From NCBI GenBank assembly GCA_048013815.1, contig CM106585.1:11656001-11720000 (forward strand): a DNA stretch of 64,000 bases, written 5' to 3'. Below, piece by piece: positions 13,425 to 25,984 of the stretch. The notes under the pieces are model-generated. The model was not told where the DNA came from and did not search any database. It was given only the letters and a program-made list of their open reading frames with translations. The first letter of the stretch is position 1. Each line of letters opens with the position of its first letter. Source of the DNA: Setoptus koraiensis (Eukaryota > Animalia > Arthropoda). The position numbers were made by a program, and so were the translations under genes.

Positions 13425-14888
13425 AAATCTGAAAGTGGGTCGGTGCGGTTACGTGAAACATGACATTAAATGACAATGTCGAGTTGTATTGCGAGATAAA
13501 GAGTTGCAAGCGAAAGGCAATAAACGAAAGGCATCAATTAAATCTCACGCGATACGCCAACCTGTGTCACCTGTTGCTGCGATCAATAAAAATAATAAAA
13601 AGCTCGCCTGTTTATCTCACACACATTATCCATTGTTTCGATATGTTTAAATTATAAACACAAATGATGGTTGTGAGCCGCAAATCAGTTATCAGTGAAT
13701 ATAGCCGTGTATTGTCAAGTTGTTGAGCGTTGCAACTGGTTGCAGCCTGCAGCCGGTTAAAAATAGATTTGCTGTTCCAGTTTTTTGGGGTGAATATTTG
13801 TGGTGAATATCGCCAGTAATGGGCAGCATTTTCGCTTGCAAGAGCAGCGAAAATTTGCTTGTGAAACAGCAAGACGATGGCGCTGGCAATAATAGCGAGA
13901 CAGCGCCGGCCAAAACAGCGAGACAGCGCCGGCAATAGCAGCGAATAGGAATATCAAATCGAAATGAGAATGGAGTGTCCCGCCAAGACGTGCATAGCGT
14001 GCCATGCCGAGATAACGGGACAGGCGCGAAGGGACAAAAATAGGAAAGTGTCACTAGGTGTCCGTCGCAATTGAGCCATTGATTTGGTGGTTGGCCGAGT
14101 TTGTGTCTCGCCAGTCGCTGCTGGACAGTTACACGCAGTTGCTTGGCGAGCATCCGTTTTGTTTGCAATTTTTCTTCGCCAATCGCTGGCCATCGTGGCT
14201 CCATTGTGACCAATCGCTGGCCAATGGCGCTGTCCTCATTCCAGCCGCAGCGCTTGCATAAAGCCGGCATAACAACGCTTGCGTAATACCTACATAATGC
14301 TTGCGTAATACCTACATAATGCTTGAGTAATACTTGCGTAATGTTGGCATAATGTTGGCATGGCAACGGCGCCGATTTACATATGTATCAAACGCCGAGA
14401 GTTTGTCAAAATTTGATTGGCGTGACATTTGGCATTGTTGCTGCTGGCATAAACAATCGATGCATTGTATATTCGTATATTATGACGTTACATCATACGC
14501 TGTTATGTAATATCATGTGTGTGTGTGTGTGTACAAGCAATTATGTGTTTGATGGGATTGCTTTTTATTCACGCTCTGTTTTATTATTATTTATGTGACA
14601 CAATCGCAGCCGAATCACGGCGACATCGCACTGACAGTGACAGCCGATGTCATTACTCCCTCCCGCTCTCATATTTGTGCGCCGGCCGTCCGCAAATATC
14701 CACAGCGCAGCAGTAATGGGGCCAATGCGGCATTGTCACGGGACAATGTACTCTCTCCCTCGCTCTCTCCCTCGCTCCCTCCCTCGGTCTCTCCCTCGCT
14801 CTCTCGCTCTGTCTCTCCCTCGCTCTCTCCCTCTGTCTCTCCCTCGCTCTCTCTCTCCCGTGCTCGCACTCTCGCTCTCTCCTTCGGT

Positions 14889-14941
14889 CTCTAGCTCGCT
14901 CTCTCGGCCCGAGAGTCTCGGCCCGAGAGTGCGAGCTAGAG
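14889..14941. repeat. 53-bp near-perfect palindrome
   Basis: CTCTAGCTCGC (14889-14899) is the exact reverse complement of 14931-14941. The inner arms pair to the centre with 2 mismatches. Confidence 0.9.
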
Positions 14942-15395
14942 AGTGCGAGGGCCCGGCGGGCCGGACAGGTTGGTCCGCTGATCCGCATGGAGCGCTCGCA
15001 TCAGGCGAGTCGCACGACGCCACTCATGCAGCGGTGCGAGCATCGGGACAAACCGCCGGTGTCGCTCGACTGAACGCCTCGATAATATCGAGTCAATATC
15101 ATCGAGCTGATGATTCGCTCGCAGAAAACACTGCCGATATGACGCTCGCAACAACTCTGCCGATATGATGTTCGCACAAAACTCGCCGGCCGGCATAATT
15201 CGCAATTGTCGGCTGGCCAGCGAACGGGGCCCGAGCGAGCCGCGCAAACACAAACAATCGATCGTGGAGAGTATCGATATTGATATTTGCAGGCAGGCAT
15301 GCGCAAGTTGGTATAATTAACTGATCAAAACTAATTGGACTCGCCATGCTGACCGCTGACGAAGCGCAACTTGTTGCGCAAGCCCACGGGCCGGC

Positions 15396-15465
15396 CTTAC
15401 GCAACGGAGCTTACGCAACGGAGCTTACGCAACGGAGCTTGCGCAACGGAGCTTGCGCAACGGAG
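15396..15465. repeat. 5 x 14-bp tandem repeat (CTTRCGCAACGGAG)
   Basis: Three A-variant units followed by two G-variant units. Confidence 0.9.
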
Positions 15466-17923
15466 AGTGAGCGTTGGCATTGTCCTAATTTTGTTTCTTG
15501 TCTGCAGCATCTCATTAACAGTGGCCGTTGCTGTTGTTGTTGTTGCTGCTGTTGTTGCCGCTGGTGCTGTCGTTGTAGTTGTTGTAGTTGTTGTTGTTGT
15601 TGCCGCTGTTGCTGCTGCTGTCGTTGTTGCTGTTGTTGGCGTCGTTGTTGAGGCTGTTGTTGTTGAGGCTGTGAAAGCAGCCTGTTGCAGGATGGCAATG
15701 ATTCCAGATATTTACATTTGTTTGCCATTCAGCGAGCCACTCAGTCGGCGAACGGCTGAATCAGTCGGCCAGAACCTGTCCAGACGCAAGCGCAAGTTTG
15801 CTCACTAGGTTAGCGGCGTTATTATAACTGTTATTATTGCCTGTCTACCTGTTGGCGCGGCGTAACGTTGTACACAGTTGGTACAGTTACGCAACGGCCG
15901 AGCGGTGTGCCAATCATCGCATCTTGTTTGCATCATCTTTATTACGGGCCAGCGGCTTGTCTTGTTTAAACATGCCATAACATAATATATAAATGGCCGG
16001 CAAACAATGCGGCCAGCGGCGGCACCAACAACAACAGCCATAGAGACAGCATCCATAGAGACGGCAACAACAACAACGACAACAGCAACAACGACAGCAG
16101 CAACAACGACAGCAACAACGACAGCAACAACGACAGCAACGGCGACAGCGACAAGACTCACTCGACGACGGTCGCCAGGATCTGAGAGATGGGCTCAAAT
16201 AAAATGAGCGCCCGACGCCGCGACCAGATTTTGGCAGTTGAGCGAGCGAGCGAGCGAGAGAGAGCCGGCCAGAAAGAGAAAGAATTTGGCCCACTAACAG
16301 CTCAGCCGAGCGCTGCAGCACCATGATGCACCGTGATGCACCGTGATGCATCATGGTGCATCATCGGCCGAGCGGTTATTACGTAAGCGGCGGCGGCGGC
16401 CGAGTGGAGAGTCGAGAGTCGAGTCGAGGCTACAAGCTTGTGGGCTGGATGCGGCCCGAGTACGAGAACAAGTATGAGAGTAATTGGCATAGTTGCGTGT
16501 CGAACCTACTTAAGTCTATCCTATCATTGGCCGCCATTGGCTTGCGAGCCACTCTTGATGGCGCGCTTGTGCCGCCGTTGCATTCTTGTGCCGCCGTTGC
16601 GTTCGAATGTGCGCCCGGTTGCCGATTCGCCAATTCGCGAACCGATCGAAGCGTTCGGAGCTCGCCGATTCGAGCGCTCGCAACGCTCGCATCGAACGGC
16701 TCGAATCAGCCGTGTTCATGTTTCGATTCACGTTCGGCTGCGAATGCGCCGAGAACCACGATAATAACGGCCAGCGACGCTGTAAGCAGACGACAATGAG
16801 GCGGCCGGCCGGCCAACAGCAACAGGCCAGCAGATGATTGGAGATGCAACAGGTGACTCGGTGCGCAAGCGGTATCAGTGTCGGCCGTTGCTGACAGCGC
16901 CAGTTTGGTGGCGCCAGCGCTGGTCGGCCGGCGCCGGCCAAGCCAGGCTGCGCAACGGCAGCCCGAAATATGCAACGCCAAGCCGAGTTATGCAACGGCC
17001 ACAGCAGCGCCAACAACAGCGACAACAACAACGTTCACCTGTGCAGCGTTCACCTGTGCAGGTTTGTTGTGCGGCCGACGTCATAACTGGCCTGCCGAAC
17101 AGCGACGGCAGCCTGGCCAATGGTGGCGCCGAGGACATGCGCACGCATTGCAGCGAGATCGCTCGGCGTCTCTATCGGTCGGCGTCGCTATCGCCAGCCC
17201 ACCGAGCCGCCGAGGACGAGACAAGAGTGTGGAGTTTCTGGCCAGCGCAGACCTTTATTTTCTTTGTGTGTTCGACAATCGCGACAATTCACCAGCGACG
17301 GCCAACGCCAGCAACAGCGACAGCAACAACAACAGCGACAACAACAGCAACAGCGACAACAACAGCAACAGCGCCATCGACAGCAACGGCGATCGCATCG
17401 GCGCCCAACACTCGGCAAGCGTGCTCACCTGTACACCACTTGTTGCCGTTGCATCCTGAGACAACAACAGAGACAACAACAGTGACAGCAACAGATACAG
17501 CGACAGAGACAACGACAGAGACAACGACAGAGACAGCGACAGAGACAACAACCGAGACAACAACCGAGATTTAAACACACACACACACACGCAGTTGAGC
17601 CGATCGACAGTAGCAGCAGCCTTCACTTTGGCCACTTTTCGCTCGGGTGCCGCATTGAAAGTGGAAACGACAAGCCGGCCAATACACACGGCCGCTCAAT
17701 CGAGGTAAATGACCGTTGATTGTATGTAAATGCACACACACACACACACACACACACACTGTTGCGTCACAATAGAAAGACGAGTTCATCACCGAATGAT
17801 CAAGTTTGTTTACCGTCACTATAGCGTCACTTTACCGTTACTACACCGTTACTATACCCTTGCAACACACCGTTGCTATACCGTTACAGCGACCGCTGCC
17901 AGCAGAGAGTGTCAGTGAGCCGC

Positions 17924-17993
17924 GAAAGAAAATTCTTCGATCTGAAAGAAAATTCTTCGATTTGAAAGAAAATTCTTCGATTCGAAAGAAAAT
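17924..17993. repeat. 3.5 x 20-bp tandem repeat (GAAAGAAAATTCTTCGATYY)
   Basis: Read directly. Confidence 0.9.
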
Positions 17994-18978
17994 TGAGCAA
18001 AGAACCAACCAGCCAACGAAACTCAAGCGAGAGCAGCTGACGCAAGCGAGCGAGCGAGCAGCATCTATACGCACACAGCGGCCAGTGAGCAGCAGCCGCC
18101 GCCGCAACAGTTACATAACAGTTGTCAGTGGTCGAGTGAAAGTCGAGTGGGCAGCCGTCAACACTTGTTGTCACCAGTTGCACAGTCCGTCGAACGTCAA
18201 TCACACTCTGACAACGAACACTGCATAACCACATTACATATATTACATAACCATATTACAAAAATTACGCAACCGTATTACGCAACGACCATGATGAGTC
18301 GCATTTAGTTGTTTGCACACACACCCGAACACCAAGCCGCCGGTTAGCTCGCCAACGAAACGCACACATTCATCAGTAAAAGTTACGCAACAGAGGCGGC
18401 AATCGCAGCTCGTGTCGCGCATCACTCGCACCAATTGAACAAGCAATTATACAATCGCGCGACGATCATACAAAAATAGTACGAAAATCATAGAAAAATC
18501 GTACGAAAATCATAGGAAAATCGCACAGAAATCGCACGACAATCACACAGCGAGAGCCCGCGACAGTTGTAAAAGTTACGCAACAATTATGGCCGCCAAA
18601 GCGAAGCGGCTAATCAATTTGCAGCAGCAGCAGCAGCCGAGCGGCGGCTGCGAGCCAACGACGACCAGCGACGAGCAACAGCGCCAGCGCCGACACATGG
18701 ACGGGTCCGTGTGTTTGGCGCTGCGATCGTCGGAGGGGCCCGCCGACTGGCGACTGGCCGGGCGTCACGCGGCCGGCCGGCCCGACGACGCCGGCGACCG
18801 CAGCAGCGGCAGCAACGACAGCAGCAACAACAGCAACAACTACAGAAAGTCAATTCATGGTTCTAGGTACTACAAAAACGGCGTTCTAGCAATGAATGAA
18901 ACGAAGGCATCGCACAACATTTGCCGCAGCAGCAGCAACAACAACAACAGCAACAGCAACAACCGAACCTTACCAACA

Positions 18979-21624
18979 ATGTCACTAAAACACATACTCA
19001 GCTTGGCGGCCCTGCTGGCGATCATGAATAATCCGATAATCCAGTGTCAGCAGCAGCAGCCCGTCACTAGCCAGCAGCAGCACTACAAACAATTCTTGCA
19101 CCACCAGCAACAACAACAACAACAGTCCGACGACGACAACCTGATCGCGAACGCCATCAACAACGCCATGACCAGCGTCGCGGCCAGCAACCACCAGCAA
19201 CAACAACAACAACAGCACCACCACCAGCAGGACCCGCTGTTTGGCGAGGCCTCGACGGCGGACGCGAGCTACCAGCAGCATCAGCAGCATCACCTCAACA
19301 ACCTAATATCTAGTCTGTCGCTGTTGAACGCGGCCGATTCCAACCAACTGGCCAGCGCCAATTCACTAGCTGCCGATTCGCAGCAGCAGCAGCAACAACA
19401 ACAACAGGATAACGGTCAGCAACAATTGGCCAGAATGGCCATGTTGCGTCACAAGTCCGCCGGCCAGCAGCCGGCCACGGGCGCCAGTTTGAAGTCACGA
19501 TCTCCGCGCAGCATTGGCGAAATGTTCAAAAAGTTCTTCGGAGGCAACAAAAGAACCAAGCAACAATCACAACGGGATCAATGGGATCAAACGTCCGCTC
19601 AAACGCAACAACAGCAACAACAATCTCAGCAGCAGCAACAACAACAACAACAACTCAATCAGCAGCAGCAGTCGGCTGTTAGCGCCAACAATGCCGCCTT
19701 GTTGGCCGCCGCCGCCAATCAGCACGCCATCTATGCGGCGGCGCCCTTCGCCGGCTACGCCCAGGCCTCTACCATTTATCCGCAATTTACTGCCGCTTAC
19801 CCGGGCGGCATAGTGGCCTGGCCCACGGCCGGTCAAACAATGCGCGCGCCCACCGCTCTGATTGCCGCACCGGCGGGACCTAGCGGCGGCGAGCCCGCTT
19901 TTGCCACCAGTCCGCTGTATGCGGCCGCATCGCACGCTTACGCCTCGTACTCGTCGCCGCCGGGCGTCGCAACAAGCGCCTCCAGTCCGGCCGCCAGCCA
20001 CGTCCATCCCAGCCAGGCGGTCGCCCAGTCGGGCCCGGGCGCCTACGGAGCGGGCGGCGGCAGCCTGGATGTTCACCAGATCTTAGACGCGCTGGTGCGC
20101 TCGTCGGGCTTTGCGCCCGCCGGCGACCAAGAGGCCGGCTCGCAAATGTACGGCCGCAAGGGCGACGGAAACTCGCCCGTGTTCAGCTTCAAGAAATTGT
20201 ACTCGTTACCATTTTATTTATCCACCGAAGAAAAGCCAGACGCTTTGAGCGCCGGAAGTGGTTACGGCATGCATGTGCCCATAATGAAGCGTCACGTTAG
20301 ACGAATGTCGTCGCCCCAATCGCCGCCCCAATCGCCGCACTACAACTCGCCCGCTTTCTCGCCCAGCAAGTCTCTCCAGCAGCAGCAGCAACATGTTGTT
20401 TCGCCAGGTAATTTCAATGGTCTTCAGCAGCAGCAACAGCAACGAAGCGCCTATAATTACGTGAACAATCCATTGAGCTCATCCATACCTAGTCAATATG
20501 CAGCCAGTTCCCAGCAGCAGCAACAGAGTAACTTTCTCCGCCAACTGACCGACGGTCAGCCAGACCCGAGCGGCTTCGGCGCCGGCTACGAGCCGCAGTC
20601 CGCGGCCAGCGTCTACGGTTTCTCGGGCAACAATCTGGCCGCTCATTTGTCGTCGGCGGGGGCCATTCAGCAGCAGCAGCAACAACAACAAAATATTAGG
20701 TCACCCGTGTCCATGTATGCGCCGCAACAACAGCAGCCGCTACAACAACAACAGCAGCAACAACAATTGTCCAACGGGCAAACCGCCAGAGCTAGCGGCT
20801 CGCCGTCAAATTTGGCTATGGCCGCCTCTATGGTGGCGCCGGTGGTGGCTGTTCAGGCGCCAACAAACTCTCAGCAAGCATCAATTTATGCCAACGGAGT
20901 GGCTGTTAATTCGCCAGCAAACACTTATCAATCAGCGGTAGTATCGCCAATGGAGCAACAACAACAACAACAATACAATCACAATGGTCAGCAGCACCAA
21001 TTCGGCCTGGACAGCAACGGTATTACCAACGGCCAGCAGTCGATTAGTGGCGGACAATTTTCGGCAATGATGCCGGCCAGCAGCTCAACCTCGGCATCAA
21101 GTCAATTAGTTTCGGCCGGCAATGTAATTCAACCACAACAACAACAACAACAGCAACAGAGATTCGTGCCCTCCAACCAGCACCAACAATCATACAATAT
21201 GATGATGCAACAATCGTCGTATCAATCACCAACGGTTATAGCTAATAGCAACGTTATGGATTACAACAATGGCAAGACGCTGCTGCAAGAGTCAAGCTCT
21301 AGTCCGCTTGTAGGCGCATCGGCGGCCTCATCGTCGTCGTCGACGGGCATTGTTGCGGCGGCACCGTCTTCGGTGTCGTCTCAAAATGGATTAGACACAG
21401 TGGTCGGATTTAGCAATGGCGCTAACACTAGTAGCGACGGTAATATTGATCAATTATCTTTGCAACAACAACAACAACAACAACAATCATCGCACCAACA
21501 ACAACAACAACAAAGCAACATATCAGATTTGTTGAGTGAACATCAGCAGCACAACAACCAACAACAACAGCAACAAAACTCTAATATTGCATCGATAAAC
21601 AACAACAACTATACTGACCAATAA
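18979..21624 (+). CDS. Gln/Ser/Ala-rich, probably secreted protein (881 aa from ATG 18979; ORF open from 18589)
   Basis: 1,011-aa intronless ORF. Internal MSLKHILSLAALLAIMNNPIIQC looks like a signal peptide; poly-Q tracts and an AAPFAGY-type low-complexity segment follow. Confidence 0.7.
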   Translation: MSLKHILSLAALLAIMNNPIIQCQQQQPVTSQQQHYKQFLHHQQQQQQQSDDDNLIANAINNAMTSVAASNHQQQQQQQHHHQQDPLFGEASTADASYQQHQQHHLNNLISSLSLLNAADSNQLASANSLAADSQQQQQQQQQDNGQQQLARMAMLRHKSAGQQPATGASLKSRSPRSIGEMFKKFFGGNKRTKQQSQRDQWDQTSAQTQQQQQQSQQQQQQQQQLNQQQQSAVSANNAALLAAAANQHAIYAAAPFAGYAQASTIYPQFTAAYPGGIVAWPTAGQTMRAPTALIAAPAGPSGGEPAFATSPLYAAASHAYASYSSPPGVATSASSPAASHVHPSQAVAQSGPGAYGAGGGSLDVHQILDALVRSSGFAPAGDQEAGSQMYGRKGDGNSPVFSFKKLYSLPFYLSTEEKPDALSAGSGYGMHVPIMKRHVRRMSSPQSPPQSPHYNSPAFSPSKSLQQQQQHVVSPGNFNGLQQQQQQRSAYNYVNNPLSSSIPSQYAASSQQQQQSNFLRQLTDGQPDPSGFGAGYEPQSAASVYGFSGNNLAAHLSSAGAIQQQQQQQQNIRSPVSMYAPQQQQPLQQQQQQQQLSNGQTARASGSPSNLAMAASMVAPVVAVQAPTNSQQASIYANGVAVNSPANTYQSAVVSPMEQQQQQQYNHNGQQHQFGLDSNGITNGQQSISGGQFSAMMPASSSTSASSQLVSAGNVIQPQQQQQQQQRFVPSNQHQQSYNMMMQQSSYQSPTVIANSNVMDYNNGKTLLQESSSSPLVGASAASSSSSTGIVAAAPSSVSSQNGLDTVVGFSNGANTSSDGNIDQLSLQQQQQQQQSSHQQQQQQSNISDLLSEHQQHNNQQQQQQNSNIASINNNNYTDQ

Positions 21625-22022
21625 TGTATCAATAATTTATGTTGACGCGCAAACTAACGCGAATCATTACACTTGGCAAGAAACGACGTAAACAACAACA
21701 ACAACATCAACAACAACAATTGAAAATCTAATAATTACACAACAACACAAAGCATACCTTTTTTAGACCAATTCTAGCTCCTCCTTTTTGTAAAGTTTTT
21801 CACAACACACTTACTCCCAAATAAATATACAAAGAAATATATACATGTTATGTGTAATTATATGTGTGTAGTGTAGTGTAACCCATTTCTGTCCGTTTAA
21901 TCTGTCACATTACATTGTTACTAATTGTACAATTAGTTTTTGATGAAATATTTCGATAGAAACTCAGCCATTGTGTTGTTGTTATTGTTGCCTCGCTAAT
22001 GTTGTCTTATTATTCTGGGCGA

Positions 22023-22859
22023 TCAAACCGATTCATAAGTGGAACGTTCCGACCATCGGCGACGACCCACAAAATAGGCAATGAGCACAATCACGACCAG
22101 CGCGGCCAAGCAGGCACCTACTGCTATGGGCACCAGATCGTTGACGGGGCCCGAATCTAATAAACAAACCTCGGCCGGCTTGTAGAAATCTTGCGATGCA
22201 CTAGTGAGAAAGGCGTCAAAACCAAGGTTGCTCACTAGTAGAAACACGCCAGTGGGTAGTGGGTCCGTTGATCCCGGGGGAACTTGCATGGTCATGTCCA
22301 AATGTACGTACTGATCACTGTTGCATCTGTAGTAGAATCCCGCTTTCGTTGTCTTGAATACCTCGCTATCGTGATGGAAAGGATGATTTGAGGTGCTGTT
22401 GCCTTCAATGTAGAATCCATGAATGCTTTTTGCAGAGACCGTTTGGTTGCCCTCCACATTGATGAAAAGTTTACCGCATTCAAAATTTACAGCAAGAAGA
22501 GCCTTACCGGAGGCTGAGCTACATGTACTATTTTGGGTGTCGACTGTTCCTTTGCCCAAATTTAAGTACTGGGCCGGAGTGGTTCCGTTGATGAAGATGG
22601 CCGAATTGAATTCGGCCAGCAAACAAACCGTTCCGTTGGCTCCTGTGGTTCCATTTTGTCCCTCAAATAGCACGTATTTTTGAGTTTGTTGAGCCGGTTT
22701 AGTTGGCGTCAGTTTGCACTCGGTTTTAGGTGGTGCGACAGTGGTGTTCGGAGTTGGTGGCGCCTGAGTAGTGGTGGTAACTGGGACATTTTGCGTAGAT
22801 ATTCCGCTTAAGATCATCGACAATAAGAGAATGTGAATGTTGAGACTGGCTGAGGCCAT
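22023..22859 (-). CDS. LAMP1: Lysosome-associated membrane glycoprotein (single LAMP domain)
   Basis: Signal peptide, Thr/Pro-rich hinge, LAMP domain (CLLAEF...YYRCNSDQ...C), TM LVPIAVGACLAALVVIVLIAYFVG and tail ending YESV. Confidence 0.9.
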   Translation of the reverse strand: MASASLNIHILLLSMILSGISTQNVPVTTTTQAPPTPNTTVAPPKTECKLTPTKPAQQTQKYVLFEGQNGTTGANGTVCLLAEFNSAIFINGTTPAQYLNLGKGTVDTQNSTCSSASGKALLAVNFECGKLFINVEGNQTVSAKSIHGFYIEGNSTSNHPFHHDSEVFKTTKAGFYYRCNSDQYVHLDMTMQVPPGSTDPLPTGVFLLVSNLGFDAFLTSASQDFYKPAEVCLLDSGPVNDLVPIAVGACLAALVVIVLIAYFVGRRRWSERSTYESV

Positions 22860-24192
22860 GGCGTTCGACAATGATTAGCAATAGCGATCACGAATATTCT
22901 AAAGAGATTTGTTAAAATGACGACAATTGTTCGCTTGAAACAACAATCGAACAATAATTAATTGTGTGTTTGTTTTTTTCTCTTGTTTCCTTTGTTTCGG
23001 CCACGAAACGCGATCCGATTCGATGAAGACGTTAGCAGTTTGTTGGAAATTACCAATAATATTTTGATGTCCACCAATTAATTGTCCTTGATGTTTGTTG
23101 ACAGAAGGCAAAATTATAATAATAATATTATCAGCGTTAAATAATATATAGCAATAGTATCAATTTCCAAGTGGGTGTAGTTGCTAGTCAAACAACAGCG
23201 CCACTACTGTTGCAGTTGTTGTTGTTTTTTGGTACAGCTGATACATCATTATGCTAACGACCATTTTGTTTGTACACAAGCGTACGAGCGTAGCACTACT
23301 CGTGTATTGCCAATGGTGTGTAATGGCAAGAAGTTGCAAACAAACGATATAAATGGCGATATCGTTTAGAAGATAAATGATAAAGAAAGATTTGTTGCTA
23401 CATACAGTATGACGACGGCGATAAAGTCAGGTTATGACGGGCTCTCTGATGCTATCAACTTGATAGGGCACATAATACATGAGCAATTATCTGTTGTGTG
23501 AGAGATTGTGTCACGTTTCCTCTACCAATTCACTGGCACCAATTGTTATCGATTAACATATTTCCGAGATCTATCTGATTCATTGCAGCAATGGTGAAAA
23601 TATGACAAGATTTGTCTAATGTGGATATCGTCTGTTGTGGATCTGTTGCTCGCTGCTAATTAGCACTCCGCTAGCGCATGCTGTCCAATTATATCAAACG
23701 ATGAGTCACATAAGCCACCGTTGTCACAATTTTTATCGTCATTTTGACAACTGTACTCCAACGGTTTCCAATTGAACGGCACAATGGATACGCAAACCCC
23801 AAGAATACCGCACATTTCAGCCATCGCCATCCTTACAAACCATTGTTAAACCGTTGCCGAGAGGGTGACTCACAATCGTCACAATTGTCAGATGACAATT
23901 GGCCGCCGCAATGGGCTTCGACGAACCAATGACACTATTAATTACTACTAATCACTATTACATGCATCATGTAATCAGTAACGGAGATGCCAATAACCGG
24001 CTGTGACAGTTTATTTGATTTTTCATTGCAGTGTTATTCAATGCATTTACATGCTACATAAAGACACAATCTGGAATAGCCAATGGAACGTGCTTCCAAT
24101 CTGTACACCTATCTAAACAATGACACTCCCACGCCCGATTTGGGTTCAGCCTGCCACTTGGCTGGCCATGAGGGGGACTGCTTAGGTCAAGT

Positions 24193-24378
24193 TCAACTTT
24201 GTGACCCGCTTGTATGGACAGACCGAACGGCGTCGCCCGCTAGAGCCGATTTGCTTGCGTCCAGACCAGAAGGCGACGGAATTTTGTTGGCGGAAACATA
24301 ATGATAAAATATAACAAGCATGAATAGGCATACTCCCAACGCGTTGACAAAAAGTGCCAATTGTACGTCTGTGATCAT
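24193..24378 (-). CDS. OST4: Oligosaccharyltransferase subunit 4 with C-terminal extension
   Basis: [31 protein letters not shown] closely matches the OST4 family sequence. Confidence 0.9.
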   Translation of the reverse strand: MITDVQLALFVNALGVCLFMLVIFYHYVSANKIPSPSGLDASKSALAGDAVRSVHTSGSQS

Positions 24379-25984
24379 CTTTGATGAAAATAATAAATAG
24401 CTTTGAATAAATTATTAAATATCCGAGTGCTGCTGATAATGATGTCGCTTGAGCCGGCCACAAATCGATATCAGAACATGTGATCTGGTTGTGAAGCGAG
24501 CCTCCTCGTGAACAAACGTCGTCCTTGCTGCTCCTTGGTAATTAGCTTGGAAATGCAATCGGGAATGTGTCGTTAACAATTTCCGAAGAGATAAAATGAT
24601 ATAAATCTACGATCTTAATGTATCTGTTTAAAATTAGGGCCTCTCGCAAGTATCATCTCAACGCGGCCAGTCTAGCTCATGTGTTGACGCTGTCGATTTG
24701 ACGGACGGTGAGCAGCAGGTAAGCAGACCGAGGGCGCGAGATTTGATATGAAAAAAAGTTTTTTTTTAAAACATCGATAACAATTAAACAATTTTGCTTT
24801 TTATTTCCAATAATTCACAACAAAGTCGAAACAATTGCCCCACATTTACACACTTTCCCCTTTCTCTAGATCGTAGGGAGGCTATGGATGGATTTTTCTA
24901 TCTGCGGGCCACAAGCAACCCAACGAATTGATTATCCTGCAATTGATTATACCCGACATACTTTGGACGAAGAAGCCTACTTGCTCAACGTTAGTCGTTA
25001 TTTTCCATCAAGAGTTACAATCGGAGAGAGTTGCAAAGCAAATTGAAAATTAGTATCAATTTACAAGCGAGTATAGAGAATTTTTTCTCATGCCTATTTT
25101 CACCACTACGTGATATTCGATGAATTTGAAAAGGAAACACACCTTTGTGAACATTTGTCACCATATGCAATCTCATGCCGAAGGACTCATTGATTGTGTC
25201 AATAGATAATCCAATTGAAGGCAGATAACGAACATCTGAGTCTACTGTAGACGAGGCTGCACCAACAAGCGATACCAACTCAGATATCGACAATGATGTT
25301 GTCGAGTGATTACAAAGGGTATTCTGACACGATAATTAATGACGATAACAAGAGCTATTTAGTTTTATCATCCAGTTGAACACTTTTGAATATGTATCAA
25401 ACATATCAAACAAATGTCTAAAAAAGATCTAATCTATCTATTCTTAGTGGTGGTGATGTTTCGAGGCAAGTTTAACAGGTTTAGAAACAATAAATGTTGT
25501 GTACAAATGTTGAAAATTGATAGTGTCATAGCTATAATTTATACTTAACCATTCCAACTTTAATCTATACCGGTAAATTAGAGCGACAAACAACCAAGGC
25601 ACCAAGGTCTAAGTCAAAACTTTTTGCAAAATGTCATATGTGCTCCGATAAAAGTTAACTCAACGTTAATGAAAAGGAATATATATTTCATCTAAGAGTA
25701 TATATAAATATCATGTAGAGATATACTCGGACATCTTTTACACGACGAATGCCAATAAAAGTCAACGAACCTGCATTCAAATTCAATGCCACTTGACATG
25801 AGCTATTTCCTCTATTTCTATTTCTTCAAATAAATTTATACATCAGACAGTTATATATATACTATTGGTTTTTCTCGGGATTGCAACAATGCCTGTAACT
25901 ACTGTTCGGATTGTGGACGATTCATAGCAAATGCGAATTTTAACTATTCATAACAATTAACCAGTCAGTCAGTTTAACAAAGTG

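Noticed and set aside
16353-16799. 148-aa ORF with a protein-like start (GYKLVGWMRPEYENKY)
   Set aside because: No family match, no clear splice partners, and a GC-rich context where such ORFs are expected by chance.
5214-21232. Many overlapping or antisense ORFs (poly-C, poly-L, poly-V, poly-T)
   Set aside because: These are shadow frames of CAG/CAA/ACA trinucleotide tracts within real genes or microsatellites; they lack stops for compositional reasons.
22023-22043. LAMP tail TYESV lacks the Gly of GYxxPhi
   Set aside because: The terminal YxxPhi is intact; a minor variant with no further evidence of altered targeting.
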